A stretch of DNA of 63,693 bases, filler included, from Pelomyxa schiedti (GCA_020536535.1; 12 parts of 12 records of this genome joined end to end with filler, not necessarily neighbours in it), one strand, 5' to 3'. Positions 36,455-48,837 are shown, counted from the whole stretch's first letter. Made by a program: numbers and translations. Notes: generated from the letters alone by a model not told the origin.

Positions 36455-37163
36455 AGTCAAAAAGTCATCTCTACAAGATACAAAAGAACCTGTGGCCACC
36501 CTGTTGATAGTAATAAGAAGATAATGAGTTGAAAATGCCATCTTTTCATTGAGAAGATTGACATTCTCCTCTCAATTTCGTATTTGACAAGTGGCGGACA
36601 GTGCTTCGGTTGGAATATAGGCAAAAAAACAAGAAATCAAGTATGGATTCAACAGCCAGAGGATTGGAGCCAGAGCGTTACAGCTGAGGATCGACAGCAT
36701 CAGGTGTACATCGACGGTGAGATCAGGTCACCCGTCGTCTTGTTTGTCTGCGACAGATCTCATTTCTACGTTGTTCTTCCACGCTTGTCAAGGTGTCGTG
36801 TCACCTTGGAGGAAATTCGTTGTGACCAGGCCTCAAACAGATCGATCTGAAGAACCTAATGAGCAATGACCGTTGTACAAGGGACACGCGGCACCCATCC
36901 TCTACGCGGTAATCAGAATCGGGGCATTGTGGGTTGATGCTGAGGGAAATGTGGGGGGAGTGTGCTGTGTTTGTTTCTTCTGCGACTACTGCGATAGGAG
37001 ATCAATGTCAGAGTCCAGAACGCCAAGATCGAACGGTGCCTCCTCTGAATCATTTGATTCGGCGAATCTGGATATCGCCAAGACGAAGCGATGACGTCTT
37101 TGTGGGTGTTGGAGGAAAAAAGAAAAAAAAGCCAACAAAAGCGGTTTGCATACTAGTTGGTGA

Positions 37164-37706
37164 ATGGTCGGTTCCGTGGCGTTTGGTTTGGTATTTGTGG
37201 TGTTGGCACTGAGCACCGCCCCTGCAAATTGTGGGAGGGGCACAACCAGCACCAACTACGAAGGTGGTGCTAGTGTTGCTAAGAAAAATGTGGGAAGCTA
37301 TTGTGCAGGCACGGCGTTGCATTACCCACTTGGGACGTACCCTCTGATGAGTGGCACTGCTATTGTGAAAAAGAACATCGACGCTTATGGTATGAGTGAT
37401 GGAATGAGTATGAGTAATGGCTAGTGAATTATGGGATCAGGGGCTTGATTGGTGTACCTTTGATGGATTGGAAATGAATTCTTTTGGAGGATGCATAGAT
37501 AAATGTGAACAATTCAAACTAATCAAAGAAAAGTGGAATACCTTGCTGGGTCTGAGGCTTCCAACCTTGACATAGCTGCGTTCCCAGAGTGGGACGGGAT
37601 TTCTAGCGTGGGATTTGAACAGGATAACAGTTCAGCCATGGTGTGAGGTAATACTCACAATATTACTGGTCAAAAATAGAAAGTAATTACCATCACCAAT
37701 GCAGGA
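37164..37706 (+). CDS. Putative secreted protein, 5' partial or degenerate
   Basis: Signal-peptide-like MVGSVAFGLVFVVLALSTAPANC, GT donor at about 37389. Downstream frames contain stops. Confidence 0.3.
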
Positions 37707-37806
37707 NNNNNNNNNNNNNNNNNNNNNNNNNNNNNNNNNNNNNNNNNNNNTTAATTAATTAANNNNNNNNNNNNNNNNNNNNNNNNNNNNNNNNNNNNNN
37801 NNNNNN

Positions 37807-38008
37807 AAGAGGCCTTATTGGCCCTAGGTTTTATTGGAGTACCAATTCGCCTCAAATGGCCCTCTATCCCGCTCACACTCCCAGGTATGTTAGTTGCAAA
37901 TAGAGGTGGTGGTGTCCGTGCCACAATGCCACCATCAGCAGGGGGGGTCAAATAGTCCCCTGTCCCACCACCACCATCACCACTATCACCCACCCTGTTA
38001 CTCCTCAT
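37807..38008 (-). CDS. Hypothetical protein, 5' partial
   Basis: ATG at 38008 after an AC-rich leader. Open to the contig end (MRSNRVGDSGDGGGG...). Confidence 0.3.
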
Positions 38009-38403
38009 GTTGTTTACAAAGCACAAGTGGATGTGTTATATGTACACAGATAATTTTTCGTGTGTCCTGTTCAGCTCACGCACAGGGAATTTTTGTTGTT
38101 GGTTCTTTTTTCTCCCTCTTTGCGTGGCGTTTGAAAACATTCGTTCTCTGAACATCAACGCGAGGTGCATGTTACAGGGGCGTGTGTTGTTGATCAAGGT
38201 GACGATGTGGTGATCTTCCGGGGGCGAATCCGTTGTCGGTTGCGGGAATGAGCGTTTTGCCACTTCCGTAAACGGAAGGCTGCTGCGAATTGGAGTTTTG
38301 GCTCCTGGATCTCAGGGGCTGCGAAGGGGCAAAAGGCCTTGGGGGTGGTTCTGTGCAGGGTGAATTCATTCTGCTGTGATGTTTGTTGTTGATTGAACAA
38401 CAA

Positions 38404-41400
38404 CTAATGGCTGTTGGTGTGGTTGGTTGTGGGTTGATGATATGATGTACATGATGATGGGATTGTGGTTGGCTTGGATTGTGTTTGAAGTTGAAGCTTC
38501 TGTGATAGCTTTGTGGACCAAGCTGGTGGTGTGGAGGTATTGGTGAGAGAAGGTGGTGATGACTGACTAATTACAGATTGGGCGAGTGCTGCTGTGTTGT
38601 TGGCTGGGTTTATGTTGTTGCGGCGTGTGGTTACTGTGAATGATTGTTGTTGCTGTTGCTGTTGTTGTGATAGGCTGGTGAGAACCTTTTCTTTGAGAGT
38701 GGCAACTTTGAGCACTTTCTGTTCTAGTGCTGCGTTTCTTTGAATCAGCCGGTTGCATTCGGCCTCTGACTGTGAGAGCTTCTGCCTCAGAGATTGTAGT
38801 TCGTGGGCCTGTTGTGATGCTGTAGTTTCATGTTGCCGGACTTTGTCAATGAGGAATTTCTGTGGTTGCTGGACGAGGGAAAGTGAAGAGTTTGCTTGCA
38901 CGAGCTGTGCCGCGGTCGAGTCCAGCATATTCTTCTGCTCTGTGAGACTTTTCTCCAGGTCGGCAATCTTAGTTCCGGGTGAGTGAATATGGAATGGAAA
39001 AGAATTCTTGATGCGCAAACCTTTTTGGTCAGTGTTTGTGCTGTTCCTAAATTTCCGGCAAAGTACCCACTGTCATCTTGAAGCTGGTTAATGCGAGACT
39101 CCCGTTGCTGCAGCTGAGACATAAGGTCGTGCACTTGATTGTCATATGAAGCCTGGAGTTCTTTGAGACTTCCGGGAAAAAGACGGAATGCTTACCTGTA
39201 GTGAACGGTACTCTGAGGTCAATAAGTCCAGTTTCTTTCTGTATTTCTCGCATTCAATTCCGGCTCTTGCAGACTCTGATTGGGCAGCAGTATACTGAAG
39301 CATGACGCGATCCAATTCAAATTGCTTCACCTTGGCAGTATTGAGTGCCTCGGATAAACGTAACTCCAAAGAACTGGTGAGCTGAGAATGAGTATTATTG
39401 CTGTGCTCGTATTTTTCACGCCACGATTCCACTTCAAGTTTGAGACGTTTGCCCTCTGCTATTGCTGAATCCCGTGCCTGAGGAAATGTGAGCCACATTT
39501 TTAATAGTAATAATAATAGAGGCGGAGCAGACTTCGCGTAAAGCTGTTGTCTGCAGTTCCAGTGAATGTTGTGATTGAGCACGCATCTCTGTAACGTCAG
39601 AAATCATTTTTTTCTGGATCAAGTCAATTTCTTCATGCAGTCTCCTTTCATATTGTTGCCGTGGGGCGTCTTGCAGAGCATGAACCTGTGGACATTAAAA
39701 CCTCCAGAGTTTGAGGGTGAGTTTGTACTTGGTGAGCGAGATCGTCATTTCTCTGCTTGAGTGAGGCTGCTCTCACACGTTTCCTTGCCAAAGCCTCTTC
39801 CAGTTGCTCAATTTTCGCATTGCTCTCCTCAACTTGCTTGGTGAGGAAGTCTTTATCAAGTGTGAGCATCTCAGCTCTTTTGAGCAATGAATAGGGTGGG
39901 AAAATATAAGAGCACTTGCCTGCGACTATTACCAGCAGCATTGCTCTGTGTGGCACCCGCACTGGATTTTATTGATTCATTTTCGATTTCAAATGCTCTT
40001 ACTCGCCTCAGAGCTTCTTGCAGCTCGGTTTTGCACTGAGCAAGGTCCCCGCTTACCTAAGGAATTAGGTTTAGGAAAAAATCTTGGGGTTTGAGTACAG
40101 CTTTAAATTTTTCGGAATCAGTTTGAAGTGATGCCACTGTGGAATCCCTTTCTCTTAGATCCGCCAGCAGGTGGGAGTTCCTCTCTTTCAGTACATCCCT
40201 CTCCACTGTGCACCGATTTAAGTCGTCCTTGGTGGTTGCCAGTGCTGATTCGAGTTGTGTTTGCTCAGTTTTCATGTCTGAAGAAAGCTGGCGAACCTAA
40301 ACAGAACTTTTGTCAGCACAAAGATTTACGCTGTATCGGAGGATACCTGGCCACTTAGGGCGTCGTTCTCTCTTTTTAATTGATTTGTCTGTCTTCGAGC
40401 TGGTGCAACAATATTGTAAATTTTCAAAGCAATGAGGTCTGTCAGAGGCAGTTGTTCTTCTGGAACAACTTTCAGGGCTTGTGCCCTACAGATACGTAAA
40501 GATGTACTCATTTCTATTGAATGGTACACACCGCTCGTCGGAAATACAAATGGTTGTCACATCCGCCAGTGACTCGCGCAAGGTTTGCAGGCGTTCACTC
40601 AGAAGCGGGTGTTCTTGTTCGAGCCGTTTCTGTTTCTCTTGTAGTTCTTCAACTTGCAAGGAAAATTGCTCTTGTTCAGCAACAAATTGCTCATGGAGTT
40701 CGTTGAGCTCGGACTGAGACTGCATTTCTGGGCGGAATTGAGTTGAGTTCAGAGGAGGGAGCATTACCAATCAAGTGTTTTTCTCTCTCCAGGCGAGCAA
40801 CTTGGTGTTTCCAGTGACTAATTTGTCTTTTAAGTTTGACAATGTTTCCAAGTGTAGGGGGTACAATCTGACTTTCTGTACTCACAAAACTGTACGACTC
40901 GTCATCACTGTAATCACTGGTCAAATCAGTATAACTCTTGTGGTTGTTGGAATACATTGGAATTGGGATCACTGTGTTTTTTTGGCAAAAAAAAAAAAAA
41001 AAAACCCGAAATAAAAAGAATGGAATAGAAATATAATGAACAGGTGTGAAACTATCCACACACACCTCAGTCATTAATGTGCCACCGGTACTTGTGGCAT
41101 CCAACTGGGCACTATCTCTGGAAAATGCATGTATACTCCCCAAGTAACTGTACCCACGCCCAGTTCCTTCCCCAACATTCCCATCTCCATTCCCATTCCC
41201 ATTTCCATCACTCAATCCCAACGAAGCTCCAGTCGAACCCTGTTGGAAGGATGTTGATGTGTTTGTTGTTGCCAAACAACAGCCGTTGATATCCTCATCA
41301 TCATCCCCTCGTTGGTCACCACCACCACCACCACACCCATAATCACCACCACGGCCGGGATCGTTGTCGCTATCCCCCGCCACGTCGTCGGCCTCGCGTT

Positions 41401-41938
41401 CCCTCTCCTCGCTCACAGCCCCAACGATCCCACTGTGGTTTTGGTGCATAGCCCTGCGCCCGGTGCTGGTGAGTGCAGCCACGCCCCCCACCGCTGTGAC
41501 ATACACTGGGCTGGTGGCGATGGTGCTCGTGCCTGTGTTGGTTGCTGCAGCAGGACCACCTCCGCGGCGCGGGTGCTGCCGGCTGCCCCCTCCCCCTCTC
41601 CCTCTCCCTCTCCCTCTCGCTCTCGCTGTCGCTCCCCCACTGGCCTCCGCACTTTTCTCGATTGTTTGTTCCTGCGGCTGCCTGTGCTGGTGGTGGTGGT
41701 GGCGGGGATCTGCGCGGCGCTGCTCTGGTGCACTGGTCGTCGTACTCTCTCCAGGAGGCGGTCGTCGCAGCAGCCGCGGCTTGGTTGTGGCTGCGACCGG
41801 GTGGTGGTCGTGGTAGCTCGATTCGGCAGGTGTCCTCCGTCGTGGTTCCGGGGTGATGGTTGCGGTCGCGGTTGGGGGTTCCCCGTCCTCGTCGTCGGTA
41901 TCGCCTGCCGATGACCGAAACGGTGTAGCCTGTTTCAT
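38404..41938 (-). CDS. PIBF1: PIBF1/CEP90 centriolar coiled-coil protein
   Basis: LKVVPEEQLPLTDLIALKIYNIVAP, EMLTLDKDFLTKQ, ARDSAIAE, ECEKYRKKLDLLTSEYRSLQ and LVQANSSLSLVQQPQKFLIDKVRQ match PIBF1 blocks ([71 protein letters not shown]). Confidence 0.85.
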
Positions 41939-41992
41939 TCTTTGATCTGTTTCCGAGAAACTCTATGAAAATTGTGTCATACGACGTACGTC

Positions 41993-42524
41993 TTAACAGA
42001 TAAGACCGTTGGTCTGGTGTTTTTTTTCTTCTGCCAGATGGGTCATTTCCAACAACGAAATAAGCGGGCGCTCGGGCCAGGGAGGTGAATCGGGACGAGG
42101 CCGATGGTAAAATGGCCGTTTTGATGCCTCGTTTGAACTTGGGGTTCTGCGTGCCTCAGAGAGTACAAACAGCACTTTTCCAGTTCCAACATCTCGGAAA
42201 CTATGCAGACACAACCCAGGCCCCATTTCACAGGGTCTCTCGTCACAAACGAGTAGGTCACAAAAGCCCAGGGGAGCATGAACTCCTGATTGCTGAACAT
42301 GCAGTGGTGAACTTAAGTTCGCGATAGAGTAAATGCCACCACCAACGAGCAGGTGTGACGGTGGAAGAAACTCAACGTGCACGCGCTGATACTGATCGAA
42401 AGTTGACAAAAAGTTGACATAGCGACCAGTCAGCGTGTTGTAAACCCTGCCCCGCCCGCGGAAGTCTACATGCACTGTGAGAATTTCATCACGTGAAAGC
42501 CACAGAACTTCACGTAGACTCTTG
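41993..42524 (-). CDS. 3' part of a lineage-specific beta-rich orphan family member
   Basis: Open to the contig end. RVYNTLTG and FRDVGTGKVLFVL resemble the C-termini of other members in this window (FINTVTGE, ICDTITGKSLAVL). Confidence 0.5.
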
Positions 42525-43373
42525 NNNNNNNNNNNNNNNNNNNNNNNNNNNNNNNNNNNNNNNNNNNNTTAATTAATTAANNNNNNNNNNNNNNNNNNNN
42601 NNNNNNNNNNNNNNNNNNNNNNNNCTTACATGTGTGTCTCTGAGTCCCTCTGGTGACACACTCTTCACATCCTCCTGGGACAATTTGGTCAGGGTCTACA
42701 CATCCAATCCTTGACCACCAGCCCAAGAAGAGTCGTCTGTCTTGTAAAATCTGATTTTTTCGAAAAAAAGAAAAAAAAACATTGATTTGTTTATTTTCAA
42801 ATGGGTGAGTGAGTGTGCCAGTGTCAACTTTGCTGGCAACTGCCAAGAAAGAGAAGCATGTCGTCTGCCTGCCCACAGTGTCAATACTCGAGAAATCGAG
42901 TGGATGGATGACAGGGAAAAAAAAGAATATTTCAACTGATGTTCACCCCCTTCAAGTTCTTTTGGGAGATCCTTACCACTCTTCCAGACCAAGGGCTCTC
43001 GCCCGAGCCGACGTTGACCTACTCCGGGTGGGCCTTCTGACCTCCTAGGCATCGGACAACGTCAGGGACTAGAGCGCATCGAATCCCATTCGCCTATTCC
43101 AGCACGCACAAGGTATCCTTTGGTTATTCTTTCCCTTGTGTGGGTGGTTTTCGGTTCAAGGAGAGCTACTTTCGCCCCCTGCTCGCTTGAGATTAATTTA
43201 ATCAATGAAATGTGATTACGCCTTGGAAACGAGTGTTTTTGTGTAATTTTCGTGGTCCCTTTCTCCGATGTTTTGGACCGAAATTTCGCTCCGTGCAGAC
43301 TTATGGGTCGAGGTTTGTTCTTGAAAAGAAAAGCGAAATTGTTGTTTTTATTTTTATGGTATGGTTTGTGGGG

Positions 43374-44843
43374 TTATGGGGTGTGGTGGTGGTTGTTGTT
43401 GTGAGGGGAACTGAAAGAGAAACACCTGACGATGGAGGTATCAGTGTACCAATGTTGTATCAACTTCAGTCTGAAGAGTGGTCTGTTGTCCTCCACGTTC
43501 CTCACGTCGATGTGCTGGATGGTGTCCGAGTTGTTGTTGTTGTTGTTGTCGGCACTCTCCGTGGGCCCCACCACCTTCTTCTTCTTCTTTTCTTACATGG
43601 CCAACATGAGCCCGGTGTCTGTCTCCCATTCCACCGACATGAACCCTGTGGTGTCGACAGTCATCAGCACCTTCTCCGGCATGTTCACGTCGCGTAACTC
43701 ATATCTCCCATCGTATGTGATGCAGAACTTGGTTCCGTTCCCAATTGGGAACAAGTTCCTGGCCTCAGACCCGGCACTTTGGACGAGGTGAGGTGCTGAT
43801 GGATTCTTCCTCTTGATGACGTATACTCTGCCCATCGATGATTTGGCAACCACGACTGCGCCGTCGCCCAGGTTGCAGTTGCAGTCATCATCAGAGGAAC
43901 CAGACCTGATCACAAACGGCTTCGAAATAGTCTCACCTTCCCGGGGCTGCATCCCAGTCACCAGCCACCTCTCGATCTCGTGGAATCGCTTTCTCTCCAC
44001 TGACTTCTTAACATCCCAGAATATTATGTCATGCTCAGCCTGTGTGGAATTCGCGTTCGGCTTACGGGAAACAAGGAGCGCCAGGTGGGGCTCCCTCTTG
44101 CTCAGAGTGACCAGGGAAATCACGTGCCCTTCCAACAGGCCCAGTTCTTCTTGTTGAACTTTCAACAGGGAGGAGGAAGAGGAGGCAGAGGAGGAGGCAC
44201 TTCCAATTTGTGGTGGTGTGGGGGGAAGCAGGGCAGGCTCAACGTAAAATTCTGGTTCAGCTCCATAGTGATAAAGGACCCAGTGGCTGTTTGTTCTGCA
44301 GTGAAATTCTCGAGGGGGAGGGGTGGGGATCACCAGCAAGACCCTCGAGTCACCCGGTCTTTGCACGTTGCGAAGCTTGAAAATGGAAGGGGTTCCCGGG
44401 CCATTCTTCTGGTGAACGACGTAGTGATCCTCTCCGGCCCAGGTCACCAACCAGGGCTCTTCAGGGGAACGCCACACGGGATTGACTTCCAATTCCGAGG
44501 ATATGACACCCGCATCCTGCCAGAGTCCGAGCTTCAGGGCTCGCTCTTCAGGAGTTCCTTGACCGGTGCTGGTGCGGAGCACGATGACAAGCCTCTTCTC
44601 GGAGGCCCTTGCCAAAATGAAGACGGAATATAACAACGAGGGCGTCAGAAATCGCAGGGCAGAAGCACTTCCGCACCTGGGAAGAGTTCCCGCGAGCAGG
44701 CTCACCATCTGCTCTCTCAAGTAAATTCCTTCAATGTGCGGCTCCACGGAGCTTGTTGTCACTTGGAAGTTTCCAGAAGGAACCTTGGTGGTGGTGGTGA
44801 CGTGTTCCACCAGCGTTGCCACTCCTGTGGAAGCGGAAGTCAT
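43374..44843 (-). pseudogene. 'RCG..SPA' orphan family member with one in-frame TAA
   Basis: REQMVSLLAGTLPRCGSASALRFL motif. ORF 43593-44843 and ORF 43374-43574 are in the same frame, separated only by TAA at 43595-43593. Confidence 0.55.
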
Positions 44844-45487
44844 TCTTGTCTCTGCACTATTATTATCGGCTGAGGCTGCTGGGTTTTGGGGGATTGGGCT
44901 GCGTCACAGTGGGCTTGCGCTGGCTCTTTGTCACGGCACTTGGGGTGGAAGAGAAGGACGAGGACGAGGACGAGGAAGAGGAAGAGGAAGAGGAAAAGGA
45001 GCGGGTTTTGGTGGATAGTCGCTGTCTCGGCGACGATGAGGACGAGCGGGGGGGGAGCAGACGGGGAATGAGACCCCAAAGAAGCGCTTGTTGTGGATGT
45101 GGTTGTGGATGTGGCACAAGATGACGAGGATGATGCTGACGAAGCAGCAGCTTCGGGGGTGTTGTTGTCTGGGTCAGGAGTTGTTGATGATGATGATGAT
45201 GAACCCGACGCGGCGGAGGAGCTCCTGGCCGTGGTCGTTGTGGTTGGGGCGGCGGTGGCTGATGATGATGGTGATGATGATTGGTGCGCGCGGGTGCCCC
45301 TCCTGGGCCTCTTTGGCTGGGTGGTGAGGGGAGCACCGCGGGCGTCTCGGCCGAACGGTGCGGCCATGAGCAGAGCCTGGATGTCTTGCGGGAGACCCGA
45401 CAACTCGCGCTCCATGTCGGCTTCGCACGACGGAGCTTGGTGCGTGGAGGAGGCGGAGAGGGAGCTGCTCGTTTTGTTGGCCTGCAT
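44840..45487 (-). CDS. Low-complexity ORF, possibly the N-terminal part of the downstream family gene
   Basis: MQANKTSSSLS... Ser/Thr-rich. Its stop overlaps the next ATG (ATGA). Contains GAGGAC/GAGGAA repeats prone to slippage. Confidence 0.3.
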   Translation of the reverse strand: MQANKTSSSLSASSTHQAPSCEADMERELSGLPQDIQALLMAAPFGRDARGAPLTTQPKRPRRGTRAHQSSSPSSSATAAPTTTTTARSSSAASGSSSSSSTTPDPDNNTPEAAASSASSSSSCATSTTTSTTSASLGSHSPSAPPPLVLIVAETATIHQNPLLFLFLFLFLVLVLVLLFHPKCRDKEPAQAHCDAAQSPKTQQPQPIIIVQRQE

Positions 45488-45893
45488 GTCGACGATACCA
45501 AGGTAAGTTTCCGCACCTTCTTTCTTCTGTGTTTGCCTTTTTCTAATATTCGCAACTGCGGGCAATTGAATCAGATTGTGGAGATTTGAGAGAAAAGAGC
45601 CACCCGTTCACGGCGAAGTGGAACACTGGAATGGCCGTGGAACGACAACACCCACACACACTCCTCTAGTTCATTCACCCCAAAGAGTGTTCGTGAGGGG
45701 TGATCCATCATTTCCTGGAAAAAAGCATGGCAGCAGAACCAACTGTGTTCCAGAGACACCAAGACGTTCAGGCTCCGTAGTATAATGGTTAGTATGGGAG
45801 ATTTTGGCTCTCTTGATCTCAGTTCGATTCTGAGCGGGGCCATTTTTTGTTGTGCTAGTACTTTTTCGGTTGCATCTTTTGGTGGAATTTCGC

Positions 45894-46308
45894 CTAGGGG
45901 TTGGTGAGGGGCCTCCTCTCGTGTGCAGTGACGAGGGCGGGCTGGTAGAGGTCGTGTCTCTGCCAAAAGGCCACGTCTCCTGTCTCGGTGTTTTTGATGA
46001 AGAGCCGTAGCCACAGCTCGTGCTCTTGGTGGGGGTTCTCGCCGGTCTTGTTGACGGAAAAGTTCACGCTGGTGCTGTGGGTCCATTGGTTGGCCGGAGA
46101 CAGAACAACATCGAAGTCGGTGCTGGACAGGAGCGTTTCGGCGCATACGGTTCCAGGCATGGAGGTCAGAACCGCCGCGACGACGTGCAGGCTCTGGGTG
46201 AAATTTTCTATACATAATGAGGTGGCTGAGGGGAAATGAAACGATACCGCACTGGTATTCAGTGTGAAGGCAAAAAGGGAAGGCTCTGATTCGAGATCAA
46301 GTGTGAAG
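45894..46308 (-). CDS. Terminal exon of a hypothetical protein
   Basis: Open frame after an AG acceptor: CGIVSFPSATSLCIENFTQSLHVVAAVL...HELWLRLFIKNTETGDVAFWQRHDLY...TNP*. Confidence 0.35.
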
Positions 46309-46408
46309 NNNNNNNNNNNNNNNNNNNNNNNNNNNNNNNNNNNNNNNNNNNNTTAATTAATTAANNNNNNNNNNNNNNNNNNNNNNNNNNNNNNNNNNNN
46401 NNNNNNNN

Positions 46409-46679
46409 TGTTGTTTGTTGTTTGTTGTTTGTTGTTTGTGCCAAACTGAAACGCGGGGTTGTTTGGGCATAGAGGTTGGTGGCACACACAACACAAAGCA
46501 CACACAACAACGGCGTCATCGTCGTCGTGGGTGGTAGTGGTGGTGGTGGAACATACTATGAGGGAGTAGTGGGATGATGCGGAGAGTACGTCGGTGCCCA
46601 CGTACTCCTCGAACTCCATCACCACAAGCGTGGTCTCCTCGCCACCTTGCTCCCCCCCACGATCATCGTCGTCTTCCAT
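46409..46679 (-). CDS. Possible TFIIIC subunit 6 (GTF3C6)-like, first exon only
   Basis: Acidic start, then EETTLVVMEFEE...SHYSLI followed by a GT donor; reminiscent of the TFIIIC_sub6 N-terminus. Weak call. Confidence 0.35.
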
Positions 46680-46721
46680 CCCACTATTGATTTCAATTTT
46701 GGTGAAATAATAATGTTGTGG

Positions 46722-47984
46722 CTATAACATTAATAACAGAGAGGCGGTCCACCTGCAACATTGAAAACCAACACTAGACAGAGTGAGGATGTGTGTGCCT
46801 GTTGATGGTTCAATCACCTCCACATAAGTCCTCTCATCATGGCCGTGGTGAAACCCAGCTTTGATAATCAAGCCTCCCTCACAGAATGCTGACACATCGA
46901 CGCCAGTGCACCCAATCAACCTCTGTGGCCCTGTGGTGGCTGCGTTGATGTCCCAGATTTCGAGCTTGTCACATCTCTCTGAGGTGAAGAATGCAACAGA
47001 AAACAGAGAGTCACTCAGCTGTGAGACCACGTATCCTCCAGAACCGCAAAGGGGCAGAAGAGCCACTGAACAAGCTGAAGAATGTTGTTCAATGTTGGTG
47101 GGTGGTGGTTCCTCCACTTGGATGATGTAGCGTTTATTTCCACTTTCAGAAAAAAGTCCAGCAGAGAGGATGAAGACCTGACTGCCAGTCCTTTTGTACA
47201 TCAACAAAGTGGTGTCTATCCAGTCCACTTCAGCTTGGAACTTCGTGCTGCCCAGCACTGCGATCTTTCTTGTTGCCCAGCTTTGGGCAACTTGCACCCT
47301 TTTCAACTCAAACGTGCGAGAATGAGGGCTACTTCTGATGGTCATAATACCCTCGTCAGAGAACTTGGCGTCTCTGAAGAAAAATTGCACTCCACGCGAT
47401 TCAGGAATCTGCACCGTCACTGCAATGTTCTGTGGGCGTTGTTCTGATTCAATGTTTGCAATAAGCATGATTCCCCTGTAAGCCATGTTCACAATCCATT
47501 TTGCATTGATTGCAGGAAAGTTAGAGTGAACCCTGTCCACCAGGCACCAGCACTCGTGGCTCTTGATGTTCCTGAGGTACAGTCCAGCTGCAAGTTCCAC
47601 CATGTTACAGAGATTGGCAAAGATCAACCTCCGACTGCAGGCTTCAATTTGGTGCACCCAGTGAACATCACCCAAAACTGATCCCAAAACCTCAGACACT
47701 CTGAACTGGGCAACACAATTTGTTGGGCACTGTGAGAGCGGCATACAGAATAACCTTGTCACTTGGTGACAGTAATCCCACAAGAGCCTGATGGCCAGCA
47801 GCAAGTTTTGTTCATCACCACCACTCACTTGCAACGAGGGAGGTGGCGACGGCGACGATGATGGTGACGTCACCATCATTCCGTGGCCATGACCATTGCA
47901 CCGAGGGTGCGTCACCAGCAACAGTGAAACGAATTGGTCTCGTGCACAGAGGCATGACGCCACAACAACACCCGTTGAGTTCAT
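46722..47984 (-). CDS. Intronless 'ARDQ...HPRC' orphan family protein
   Basis: CARDQFVSLLLVTHPRC...IRLLWDY; C-terminal SQLSDSLFSV, LEIWDIN, EGGLII, VEVIEPSTGTHILTL. Confidence 0.75.
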   Translation of the reverse strand: MNSTGVVVASCLCARDQFVSLLLVTHPRCNGHGHGMMVTSPSSSPSPPPSLQVSGGDEQNLLLAIRLLWDYCHQVTRLFCMPLSQCPTNCVAQFRVSEVLGSVLGDVHWVHQIEACSRRLIFANLCNMVELAAGLYLRNIKSHECWCLVDRVHSNFPAINAKWIVNMAYRGIMLIANIESEQRPQNIAVTVQIPESRGVQFFFRDAKFSDEGIMTIRSSPHSRTFELKRVQVAQSWATRKIAVLGSTKFQAEVDWIDTTLLMYKRTGSQVFILSAGLFSESGNKRYIIQVEEPPPTNIEQHSSACSVALLPLCGSGGYVVSQLSDSLFSVAFFTSERCDKLEIWDINAATTGPQRLIGCTGVDVSAFCEGGLIIKAGFHHGHDERTYVEVIEPSTGTHILTLSSVGFQCCRWTASLLLML

Positions 47985-48025
47985 TTTTTTTCGCTGAATT
48001 GATTTCTTTGAATCGAGGGGAAACA

Positions 48026-48837
48026 ATGGCCACAGCTTCTGTAGCCACGACCACGAGCAGCAACCCAGGTGGCGTCGAGGGCGAGGGCAACGGCACCACG
48101 ACCGCGACGCCGCAGACAACGACCGGCGTCAGCAGCAGCAGCAGCAGCAACAACAACGGGGTCGCCAAGAAGGACTTTAGGAAGAAGCACGCGGGGAGCG
48201 CGACGGCGGTGGTGGTGCCGCCCATCGCTGACGCCGTCGCCGCCGCCGCCGTCCCGTCGTCAAGAGACCCATCCACTAAAACGTGTGTCTGTGTCTGTGT
48301 GTTTCACGCTTATGGGTTGGTTGCTCCAGAGGGGTTTTTTTATTTGTTAATTTATTATTTATTAGTTTATTAACACCTGACCAAAACATAAATCAAAAAC
48401 AAACCTCACACAACAGGATAGCATGCGGTGCTGCGCACGAGATTGCGAACCGTTTGGGAGTCACTCCATTGGAGGTGGGAGTGCAACTGGACCTTCTCAA
48501 CATCAGAATATGTGATTGCTCGATGGGGATATTCTCTTGGGGTCACAACAAACTCGAACCAATGTTGGACGTTCCTGCTGGTACCAAAAAAAAACAATTT
48601 GCTCACTTTTTTTTTTAATTGAATTTATTTTATTTTTAATAAATATTTATTCACTTATTAATTATTTTTAACACAGACCTGAGAGCGGCACTGGAATCCA
48701 CACAGAGTGAAGGCCGAATTTCATGTGCAGCACTGTGGAGGATTTCAGATGAACTCCACATCAACAAGTCCGATGCTGCAAGAGCGTGTGACACACTAAA
48801 ACTCCGAATCGCACCATGTCAACTTGGTGCGTTTTAG
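48026..48837 (+). CDS. Small two-repeat Cys protein (C..A..IA..L...G...D.L.I.I..CQLG.F) of anaerobic-prokaryote type, with 2 introns
   Basis: Spliced: ...RIACGAAHEIANRLGVTPLEVGVQLDLLNIRICDCSMGIFSW...DLRAALESTQSEGRISCAALWRISDELHINKSDAARACDTLKLRIAPCQLGAF*. Confidence 0.8.

Noticed and set aside
36584-36850. Short ORF with an OTU-like ending (VVLFVCDRSHFYVV)
   Set aside because: No catalytic Cys box found and the flanking frames are interrupted; too weak to call.
42625-43100. Exon-like fragments on the minus strand
   Set aside because: Could not assemble a stop-free spliced frame or recognise a family.
43593-43595. Stop-codon reassignment (TAA as sense)
   Set aside because: TAA, TAG and TGA all end well-supported genes in this window (12019, 12343, 26164), and conserved exons otherwise lack in-frame stops.
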